A DNA stretch of 64,000 nt from Sedimentisphaeraceae bacterium JB056 (lineage in GTDB: Bacteria; Planctomycetota; Phycisphaerae; Sedimentisphaerales; Sedimentisphaeraceae). Made by a program: the position numbers and the translations under genes. Under the pieces are notes generated by a model. The model was not told the DNA's origin, made no database searches, and saw only the letters and a list, made by a program, of their open reading frames with translations. The stretch spans positions 128,001-192,000 of the forward strand of contig JBITAJ010000021.1 of assembly GCA_044440125.1 (NCBI GenBank), given 5' to 3'. This document shows positions 52,035 to 60,357 of the stretch, in pieces (position 1 is the stretch's first letter; every line of letters starts with the position of its first letter).

Positions 52035-52874
52035 TTAATTTTCCTGAAGAAGCCTCTTAACTTTGCCAGTTTTTATAATTTTCTCGTAGTAATCTCCTGA
52101 GTACCCAAGCTGCATAGATATATTCTTTGCGGTATTGAAGACCATACATATGTAATCTTTGATTCTTTCCTGATCAAATCGCACTCTCATACCGGTAATA
52201 CCAATCCCTGCTACGGCATTACCATTTGCATCAAATACAGCCGCGCCTATACAGTAAACACCTCTTGAATACTCTTCGCGGTCGAAGGAAATGCCGCTCA
52301 TTCGAATATCTTCCAACTCTTCGAGTAATTCCGCCAATGTAGTAATTGTATTTTCCGTCAGCCGTGGTAATTCTGCAGGAAGCAGCGAAAGGACATCTTC
52401 ATTACTCATAAACGCAAGCACGGCTTTTCCGAAAGCATTACAATGATAATGGAGTCGTGCATGCGGCTTAAAACGTAAGTAGAAATCGCAATCCGGCTCT
52501 ATAATATCAAGTGATTCCATGCAGTTTCCTGCCGGTATCTGAATTTGAGCTGTTTCACCAACCATACGTGATAATGCTTCAATATGGCTATGTGCAATAT
52601 CACGCAAAGTCTCTCTATCCTGCCTGAAACTTCTGAGCATAAAAAGCCTTGGAGTTAATGAATACCCCTTAGTAATCTCATCCTGAACCGCATAACCTCT
52701 TGCCACAAGCCTTGCCATAATCCGGAAAATAGAATTGGAAGATATATCAAGCGTTCTGGATAATTCACTTACACCGTAAGGAACTTCTTTTGTCGCTAAA
52801 AACTCAACTATATCAAGCATCCTGTCAATCGCAGGAGCCGAATAATTTGAGCCACCGGTTAAGCTCTTTTTCAT
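52035..52874 (-). CDS. IclR-family transcriptional regulator
   Basis: APAIDRMLDIVEFL N-terminal wHTH; HCNAFGKAVLAF, TENTIT, DREEY...CIGAAVFD effector domain. Confidence 0.92.
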   Translation of the reverse strand: MKKSLTGGSNYSAPAIDRMLDIVEFLATKEVPYGVSELSRTLDISSNSIFRIMARLVARGYAVQDEITKGYSLTPRLFMLRSFRQDRETLRDIAHSHIEALSRMVGETAQIQIPAGNCMESLDIIEPDCDFYLRFKPHARLHYHCNAFGKAVLAFMSNEDVLSLLPAELPRLTENTITTLAELLEELEDIRMSGISFDREEYSRGVYCIGAAVFDANGNAVAGIGITGMRVRFDQERIKDYICMVFNTAKNISMQLGYSGDYYEKIIKTGKVKRLLQEN

Positions 52875-52883
52875 ATAACACCT

Positions 52884-54017
52884 TTATTTAACTGCAATTT
52901 GCAATGCCTCTGCAATCATATACTTGTCTACCTCAACAGGTCCAAGAGTTGCATACAATTCCATATAACTGAATACTTCTGAGGCCATCTGCTGTATTTT
53001 ATCATTATCAGGATTATACTCTTTCAGCTTATTTGGAAAATCAATTTGTCCAAAAAAATCATTATATGCTTCAACAACATCATCATTCTTGCCACCGCTA
53101 AGAGTTTGAGCAATCCATTGATGTTTCTCTTTCATACCATGCTTGTTAATTTCAAGCATAGCCGGATAAATTGTATTTAAAGCATCGCCATGAGCAATAT
53201 TATGATAATGCCCGCCTATAACATGAGCCAAAACGTGAGCAACTGTCACTCCTCCATGGCTGATCGCTATACCGCCAAATGTATCGGCTATCGCCATCGC
53301 TTCCCTTGCCTGCAGATCATTTCCATTTTTGTAAACAGAGTGCAAATTATCCGCCACAAGCTCAATAGCTCTTCTTGCATACATATCAACTACCGGAGAA
53401 GACCACTTTGAGGTATAAGCCTCAACCGCATGAGTAAAAACATCCGCCCCCGTTATCGCCGTCAGTTGCGGCGGCATGCTTGAAGTAAGCAAAGGGTCTA
53501 CGATAGCAACCTTCGGAAACAGGAAAGGTCCACCAAAGCCCGGTTTCTGATTTGTCTCAGGATTAGTAATCACCGCAAACGGAGTACACTGACTGCCGGT
53601 TCCTGAAGTAGTTGTTATGGCAATTATCGGTAAAGTCTTATCTGTAGCCTGCTTATCACCGATAGCATAGGACCATATAGAGCCTTCATGGCTTGCCGCA
53701 ACTGCTATAGCCTTAGCTGTATCTATACTGGAACCACCCCCTATACCTATAATAATATCGCAGCTTTCTTCTCTTGCAAGCTCGCCTCCGGCATCAACAA
53801 TATCAGTAGTCGGATTCGGCACAACCTTATCATAAACTACAGACTGAATATCTGACTCAGATAACAACTGAGATAATTTATTTGCAAGACCTGACATCAC
53901 TGCAAACGAATCGCATGCTATCATCGCCTTACGCCCAAAAGCCGAAACAATATTGCCTGACTCTTCAAATGCACCAACACCAGCGACAATTCGTACCGTA
54001 TGATTAAATTCAAACAT
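52884..54017 (-). CDS. Iron-containing alcohol dehydrogenase
   Basis: NPT, GGGSSIDTAK, TTSGTGS, DVFTHAVE, H...HG metal ligands. Start moved to ATG 54017 (GAAAGG RBS). Confidence 0.92.
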   Translation of the reverse strand: MFEFNHTVRIVAGVGAFEESGNIVSAFGRKAMIACDSFAVMSGLANKLSQLLSESDIQSVVYDKVVPNPTTDIVDAGGELAREESCDIIIGIGGGSSIDTAKAIAVAASHEGSIWSYAIGDKQATDKTLPIIAITTTSGTGSQCTPFAVITNPETNQKPGFGGPFLFPKVAIVDPLLTSSMPPQLTAITGADVFTHAVEAYTSKWSSPVVDMYARRAIELVADNLHSVYKNGNDLQAREAMAIADTFGGIAISHGGVTVAHVLAHVIGGHYHNIAHGDALNTIYPAMLEINKHGMKEKHQWIAQTLSGGKNDDVVEAYNDFFGQIDFPNKLKEYNPDNDKIQQMASEVFSYMELYATLGPVEVDKYMIAEALQIAVK

Positions 54018-54084
54018 CAATAAACCTTTCATAATATTAACACAAACCCAATTATACACTACTTCAATTTATTGACAAGAAATA

Positions 54085-54121
54085 TTTTATATATTTATAA
54101 CATCAATATAAATATATAAAA
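54085..54121. promoter_or_regulatory. Perfect 15-bp inverted repeat upstream of the ADH-IclR-GRE operon (candidate operator)
   Basis: TTTTATATATTTATA-acatcaa-TATAAATATATAAAA; arms are AT-only, so low complexity. Confidence 0.45.
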
Positions 54122-54416
54122 CAAGGCATATAATTTAGAATGATACTAAAAATGAAAGCTTGACACTGACACGCCAAGTTTTTGGCAAATGATGAAATTT
54201 TGGCGAACTCAAGTGATAGGGGACAACGTTTCTACTTTCTTACCCTAAACTTGAGTTACCTGATTCAGATATATTGGCTCATGTTTTTAGTCAATTTTCA
54301 ATGATAAGGAAATCCTTAACATCGAGTACATAAACCTGAATACCTTACGGTAAAATCGCGTAGGGCACAAAAACATCACAACCATAAATATCGATAAAAA
54401 AACAACGAGCCATTTT

Positions 54417-54599
54417 AACCTACAGTACCATTGTGCCAAGACTTATATGCATTCGGTATTAAACAAAGTCAAACTTCATTATTGTCTAAAACACATAAAC
54501 ATAATTACTATGCATCAAGTATAAAAAACAGCTCAAATTAAATCAATTAACCCATCAAAAAGCAAAAACACGTTAACGGATGAGTTTTTGAACCCCACG
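54417..54599. repeat. ~180-bp diverged intergenic direct repeat, copy 2
   Basis: AACCTACAGTACCATTGTGCCAAGACTTATATG...TAACGGATGAGTTTTTGAACCCCACG. Confidence 0.8.
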
Positions 54600-54837
54600 A
54601 CAATATTTATACTTTCTTTATCAGATCTCTCAATAAAGCCTCTTGCAAAAATACCAAGTCGATTTTAGGAGTTAACCAGGCAGATTCCAAACCTTTGCTT
54701 ATCTTCTCATAATCAAACGAAACAGAGGTCTGATAAGAACGAATCGTTATCTTCCTCTAATTGGAAATACTTTCAGTATAGGGAGATTGATTCAAAGCGA
54801 TTATATTATATTTAAAGTCAAAATTCAAATTATACAC

Positions 54838-55923
54838 TCAACGAAAAGTGTTGAAAACAGAATACATTGCGGCGACGTTTTCTGCGGGGATGTCGGGACC
54901 TAATATTTGACTTGGGGCGTAAATATAGCCTCCACCGGGAGTCATTATATCCAATATCCTCTTTGCCTCCATTTTTACCTGCTGGGGTGTACCGTAAGGC
55001 AGAAGCTGTTGAGTATCTATACCGCCGTGAAATGTGATTTTATCGCCAAGCTCACTTTTAAGTTTTTGCGGGTCCATACCTGTTGCCGTTACCTGCACAG
55101 GATCTATAATATCAACACTTGCCTCTATCAGAAGCGGGATTATCTCCGATATAGCCCCGCATGAATGCATCATTACTTTAAGACCATACGACTTCGCATT
55201 ATCGGCAAGCTTCTTGAAACCGGGGATAAAAAACTCGCTGAGCATCTGCGGACTGAAAAGCAATGCCGCCTGCGAACCAAGATCGTTTCCAAAAAACCAC
55301 ACATCAATACGCCCTTTGAACTGCTCAAAAAGATGATTATTGAGTTCAAGATAAAAATCAGTCATTCGATTTATAAGCGTTTTTATCATTGTCGGATTCA
55401 TGGCAATATTGAGCAAAAAATTCTCAAAACCATGCATACGATAACAATCGCCGAGTATGCCTGACCAAAAACCTCCAATAATCACACGCTCTTTATTTGC
55501 CTCGATTTCCTCATTAAAGCCGCTAAAATCGAAATCGCTTATTTTAGGCCATTGGTAATCAAGTATATCCTTCTCTGTCTGGGCATTTTTTAATGGAGAC
55601 TCTATCGCATCATCCACCGCAAATTTTGAATCGTAAGCTCCACGCTGCCATTTTATCCCGAATGGACAAACCCGCTCATTATCATTAATCACGCCTGCAC
55701 ATAAACCTCTATAAAATGGCAGTGAAGATTCATTCTGTGAAATATCACGGCAAGACAGATAATAAAAATCACTGCCGATAATATCAAGCAGTTCGGCTTC
55801 GGTCTTTATGCCGTAATAATCCTTTATCGCTCTGTCTGCCTGCGGAGATGCAAGATAATCTATTGGGGCTCTATCCGGTTGTTTATGATTAACTGCAGCT
55901 AAAAAACGTTCTCGTGATGTCAT
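54838..55923 (-). CDS. Uroporphyrinogen decarboxylase / MtaA-CmuA superfamily protein
   Basis: MTSRERFLAAVNHKQPDRAP, GNDLGSQ, MMHSCG, IIDPVQ, FHGGIDTQQLLP, GGGYIYAPSQ. Confidence 0.88.
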   Translation of the reverse strand: MTSRERFLAAVNHKQPDRAPIDYLASPQADRAIKDYYGIKTEAELLDIIGSDFYYLSCRDISQNESSLPFYRGLCAGVINDNERVCPFGIKWQRGAYDSKFAVDDAIESPLKNAQTEKDILDYQWPKISDFDFSGFNEEIEANKERVIIGGFWSGILGDCYRMHGFENFLLNIAMNPTMIKTLINRMTDFYLELNNHLFEQFKGRIDVWFFGNDLGSQAALLFSPQMLSEFFIPGFKKLADNAKSYGLKVMMHSCGAISEIIPLLIEASVDIIDPVQVTATGMDPQKLKSELGDKITFHGGIDTQQLLPYGTPQQVKMEAKRILDIMTPGGGYIYAPSQILGPDIPAENVAAMYSVFNTFR

Positions 55924-56990
55924 TGTTTGTATTTCCTGTAAAGGCGTTCATTTTCTTTATTTTCCATCTGCTGATTGTTTAAGGCGAGGGCTATTGCCAG
56001 GCCTTGAGGTGGGAGATTATCAAACATGAAATCCAGATCTTCTTCTGTTATAGCTCCCCAGATTATGAGCGGTTTTTTAGCGAGTATCTCTTTATGCACC
56101 CCAAAAAGCTCTTTCGCTCCTGGTCCACCCTCATCTATGTGAAGCTCCAGAGCAAGCATATCGGTATCAACAAGCTGTTTGTACGGATAGAAACCTGTCG
56201 GGTGCATGTGAGTGATACAGCCGTTAAATGCCGCAATCTGCTTCTCCACACAAGGAAGTATAAATTCGCTGTAAATATCAGGGCTGAGTATTGAACTTGC
56301 ATCTTCCTGAAGCCATACGGTACCGGCGGGAGCCCAGTTGTGGTAATAAAAAGAGCCTATGCCGCCGTGAAAATCGGGAATATGTTCAAGCTGCTGGGCG
56401 GCAAAGCTTATCCAATAGTCAGTCAGCTTTGTGCAAAGTTCTTTGATATGTTCGGCATCCTCAAAAAACTTAAACACAAGATTTTCATCGCCATAGATAC
56501 ATGCCAGCAAATCAGATATACCACGCAAACGAGGCGTTGCAAGCGGGAAACGTCCATTACTATGAGCGGCAAGTTTATCAAGAAACTCAACGCCCTTTTT
56601 CACCCACCCGTTATCAGAAGAATATTCCAGATTTACACTGCTAAGACTCTCCGGATGCTTGGCGTAGATACTGCCGGTAGAATGGTCGGCAAAAATCTCA
56701 CAGCCAAGAGCCGCCTCAAGCCACGGAATACCCCAAAACGAACTCGCGGCGAAAATAAAATCACCACCCGCCTGCTCATGCAAATCGAAAAGCCTGTCAT
56801 AATCGCCAAGCAAATCATCAACAACAAAATCATCCGGCGAAAGAGGCCTATCTGTCGGCAGATTGCATGTTGACCGATAACGAAACAAAGGATACTCAGA
56901 TTCGGCAAAAAAACCAAACAACGGCTTTGTATTATTTCGAGCATAAAACTGCTTAAAATTATCTATACGATGCTCAATAGAAAAAAACAT
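55920..56990 (-). CDS. Divergent URO-D/methyltransferase-like TIM-barrel protein
   Basis: LRGISDLLACIYG, LQEDASSILSPDIYSEFILP, THMHP; 4-bp overlap with the downstream URO-D gene. Confidence 0.65.
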   Translation of the reverse strand: MFFSIEHRIDNFKQFYARNNTKPLFGFFAESEYPLFRYRSTCNLPTDRPLSPDDFVVDDLLGDYDRLFDLHEQAGGDFIFAASSFWGIPWLEAALGCEIFADHSTGSIYAKHPESLSSVNLEYSSDNGWVKKGVEFLDKLAAHSNGRFPLATPRLRGISDLLACIYGDENLVFKFFEDAEHIKELCTKLTDYWISFAAQQLEHIPDFHGGIGSFYYHNWAPAGTVWLQEDASSILSPDIYSEFILPCVEKQIAAFNGCITHMHPTGFYPYKQLVDTDMLALELHIDEGGPGAKELFGVHKEILAKKPLIIWGAITEEDLDFMFDNLPPQGLAIALALNNQQMENKENERLYRKYKQ

Positions 56991-57025
56991 ATTACCTCTT
57001 TAGATTTATCTTATAAAAATCAAAC

Positions 57026-58822
57026 TCACTTTTTACTAACTTTCAATATCGCCCATGGATTAAGAGCAGGAATATCTATAATAATTCGCCCATCGCCATC
57101 TTTGATAGTCTTTAACCCTGTAATTTTAGCAAAAGCCGAATAATCATTAACAATCAAGGCTGGTTTATAAATTTCTTCATCATAAGGCTGCGGCTGCAGT
57201 AATGAAAATTCAAGATCATCAAACTCAGCATAAAAGGCATTGTCAAAACACACGCTAAAAGATTCAGGGGCCGAGCGATTTATATTCTCAAGGCCCAGTT
57301 TCGAGAAATACAGACGGCTGCCATTGGCCCCTTCCTCAAGGAAGCTCATTTCTTCCTGTGTAGGACGTTTGCTAAGTGGCTTGCCCCAATCCACCATAAA
57401 TAACAGCACAGGTTTGGTCGGATCATCAATATCCAGATTCAGGAAGCCATATACGTAGCCGTTGCCGCCTTTGAAAGACACGATCTTTTCAAGCTCCGGT
57501 GAACGCTGCTCGATCTCCGGACCGATCGCGCCTACCTCACAATACACGCTCCAATTATTGACACGTATAAAACCGTAGATATCGGCATAGTCTTCGGGCT
57601 TGCCGAAATATCTCACATTACCGCTATTCCACTTATCCCACGGCACTTGGCAGGTATGACCGAGGCTGTAAGCGGTAGCGATCACTTTACGGGTAAGAGC
57701 CACTCTCTGGCGTTCAGTTGAATCCGCCTCTGTGGATATTTTGGGACAATTGAACATTTGGTGTTTGCCTAAGCTGCGTGCCACGCGGCTCCGATTGTGC
57801 AGGTGCCCGGGCCATGCGGTTCCGGCCATAAGCTCGGACATGCAAAAATCAAACTGCTGCTGAATTACACCCCACAATTGCAAAGATGTATTGTTGCATG
57901 ATAGCTGCACATCCACGCCCTTGTGCCTTGCATACTCCTTCACGGCTTCGGTAAGTCGCTGCCATAGCTTGGCGGCATGTTCGTCCCAATAACGCAGCCA
58001 CAAATCTTTGATCGGGTCATCATATTGATTAAAGGCAACTCCGACGGGGGCACCTGCTTCGATAAGGTATTGCTTATAATCGAAACTTTCGACATCACTT
58101 ATGCCCAGCTCAGATAATTTTTCAGTTGCAACATTTTCTTTGAGCCACAGCCTAAAACCATTAACCCCGCTTGGAGAAAATCCCCCGCCATAACGCGACG
58201 CGGCAAGTGCATCGCTACCCGGTTCATCACGCTGGATGGAAGTGCAGCCTTTATCGATTAACTTTTTCATATAAGCAAGATGCGCATCGAAATAAGCCGG
58301 ATTAGAAGTATCGCCTTCTATCAAACCTTGTTCTTTTGCCCAGGTTTTCCAGGCGAATACGATAGGTTCTCCGTTTAAATCAACGATCCCCATTGACTTT
58401 CGCCAGGTGTCAACATCTTTGACGTCAGAAGGCATGATACAAGTACCAAGCTCTCCGTTACACGTACCCCCAACCCTAATGTCCATACTTTCCACCCTGG
58501 CGATATTGTCCTGATCACTGCCGTCATCGTTGTTGAAATAAACCCAATCCAGGCGAGTGGCATAGAAATCATTCATAGCAGTGAACACATCGGCCTCGGG
58601 GCGGAACTTAAGCGTACGTATCGAGACATCATTTCTTGCCGGAGAGCATAAATCCTTCGTCTGCGGATAATTCTTGCATTGGGCTATTTCGTGGAAACGG
58701 GAAAAGACACCCGCCTCCTGCTTTCCAGATGCAGAGAAACCAACACATGCAAACACTAAAATTAAAAAGGAAATGCCTGCAAGCGACATGGCTTGCAGGC
58801 GATTGATAATATAATCAAACAT
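57026..58822 (-). CDS. Secreted hypothetical protein, putative glycoside-hydrolase-like family member 1
   Basis: Signal peptide; ATRLDWVY, SIQRDEP, SCNN, PWD, YFGKPEDYADIYGFIR, IPALNPWAIL shared with the two upstream genes. Confidence 0.65.
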   Translation of the reverse strand: MFDYIINRLQAMSLAGISFLILVFACVGFSASGKQEAGVFSRFHEIAQCKNYPQTKDLCSPARNDVSIRTLKFRPEADVFTAMNDFYATRLDWVYFNNDDGSDQDNIARVESMDIRVGGTCNGELGTCIMPSDVKDVDTWRKSMGIVDLNGEPIVFAWKTWAKEQGLIEGDTSNPAYFDAHLAYMKKLIDKGCTSIQRDEPGSDALAASRYGGGFSPSGVNGFRLWLKENVATEKLSELGISDVESFDYKQYLIEAGAPVGVAFNQYDDPIKDLWLRYWDEHAAKLWQRLTEAVKEYARHKGVDVQLSCNNTSLQLWGVIQQQFDFCMSELMAGTAWPGHLHNRSRVARSLGKHQMFNCPKISTEADSTERQRVALTRKVIATAYSLGHTCQVPWDKWNSGNVRYFGKPEDYADIYGFIRVNNWSVYCEVGAIGPEIEQRSPELEKIVSFKGGNGYVYGFLNLDIDDPTKPVLLFMVDWGKPLSKRPTQEEMSFLEEGANGSRLYFSKLGLENINRSAPESFSVCFDNAFYAEFDDLEFSLLQPQPYDEEIYKPALIVNDYSAFAKITGLKTIKDGDGRIIIDIPALNPWAILKVSKK

Positions 58823-58837
58823 TTCTAAAATCTCATA

Positions 58838-60265
58838 TTAAGGTTCTTTATGAACAACTAAGAAACCCCACGGACGATAACCGTCCAGATCGGTTGCCGA
58901 CATATATATATCAGCAGAGACGCCAACGTAAGTTACAGTTTTAGACCAGCTCTGAACCAGTCCGGAGAAATCTCCGGTAGATTGTGCCTGGTCATGAGCT
59001 GTCTGGTTATATCCATATGGACGATAAAATTTCACACTAAGATTAGCACTGTCACTGCCAAACATTCTTCCACGATCCAATCTAATCTTATAATTCGCAT
59101 CTGTGCAATCTTCCCACTCAACAATATGAACAACAACATCAGCACTATCCTGTCCCGGTTTACCTCGTACCATTAAATATACATCACCTGTAGTATTATA
59201 CTTATAAACAGGCTTTTTACTCCAGAATCTATCATCGCTTATATCTGTACCTAAGGCATAAGCATCTTCGTATCCATTAAGATAATCAGCAACTCCTCGT
59301 ACGAAACCATACATATGTGCATAGCTGCCAGGTAAACCAAAAAACCTTGGTTCACCGGGAATAAAAACATCCCATGGCACTATTGGATTTACACCTATTG
59401 CATATGAAAAACCTATCCAACGTCTATTCTTTAGATAATGATCACTGACCAAGGTTTGAATCTGGGCTTTACTGTTAGCTGCATAATATTGAGCCCATTC
59501 ATAAAGATGAGAAGGATCATCCCCTTCAGGTAAAGGTATTTCACCAACTCCTATGTAAAACATTCCATCCTCTATTGTAGAATAATTCCACTCCCCTCTA
59601 TAATTATTACAGCTAAACCTTACTGTTCCACCAGCATAATTATTAATCTGTGTTTGCAGATAATCATAATATGAGCGTACAAGAGTTTCATTCTGTGGAG
59701 TTACAGCAGGACTTACACAAGAACTGCAATAACAACCGCCCCAATCTACCGCATGATGATTAACTCTATAGTCATCAAACTGTAAAGAGTATGCACCTGC
59801 ATCTATACAGTCTTTCATTAAATCAAGTACTTTGGCACGATGTATTGGGTTATTACAACATCCAAACCAATAATCCCAACCTTGCATCCAAGGTGCTGTT
59901 ACGGAGTTGCCATTACTGTCACGTATTGTTCCACTTTCGTTATACTGATAGTCGCTGGGCATTGGAGAAGATATTGCACAGTTAAACTTATCTATACCCG
60001 CATTTTTACAAGCCTGAATAAAGTTAGAATCAGTTGTATAGCACCACTCCATACGTGTTGCATGGAAATCACCGACTGCCCCAACAGGATCATTAGGATC
60101 ACTACTATGATCCCAACGGGCACTCATACAAACATCGCTGTATTCAGGAGCAGCATATGTCCTTATCGGAGTAGTCGCTTCATCTGAAATTTGCCAGACT
60201 GATGCAAAAATAGCAGCATGCAGTATGGTTATGAAAACCAAGATTAAATTAACGTAATTTTTCAC
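58838..60265 (-). CDS. Secreted hypothetical protein, putative glycoside-hydrolase-like family member 2
   Basis: GTG start at 60265 with AAGGAG RBS; APEYSDVCMSARW, ATRMEWCY, SLQFDD, SCNN, PWD, RFFGLPGSYAHMYGFVRG. Confidence 0.65.
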   Translation of the reverse strand: MKNYVNLILVFITILHAAIFASVWQISDEATTPIRTYAAPEYSDVCMSARWDHSSDPNDPVGAVGDFHATRMEWCYTTDSNFIQACKNAGIDKFNCAISSPMPSDYQYNESGTIRDSNGNSVTAPWMQGWDYWFGCCNNPIHRAKVLDLMKDCIDAGAYSLQFDDYRVNHHAVDWGGCYCSSCVSPAVTPQNETLVRSYYDYLQTQINNYAGGTVRFSCNNYRGEWNYSTIEDGMFYIGVGEIPLPEGDDPSHLYEWAQYYAANSKAQIQTLVSDHYLKNRRWIGFSYAIGVNPIVPWDVFIPGEPRFFGLPGSYAHMYGFVRGVADYLNGYEDAYALGTDISDDRFWSKKPVYKYNTTGDVYLMVRGKPGQDSADVVVHIVEWEDCTDANYKIRLDRGRMFGSDSANLSVKFYRPYGYNQTAHDQAQSTGDFSGLVQSWSKTVTYVGVSADIYMSATDLDGYRPWGFLVVHKEP

Positions 60266-60357
60266 AATAGTCTCCTTAGAAATCAACAAGAAAAAGAATA
60301 TTTATCATCTGCCAAAATTAATCATGACAAACGCTACGTTCTTTAAATAAATACGTA

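Noticed and set aside
54838..55923. hemE gene symbol
   Set aside because: Lacks the RQAGR motif of true uroporphyrinogen decarboxylase and has no tetrapyrrole context.
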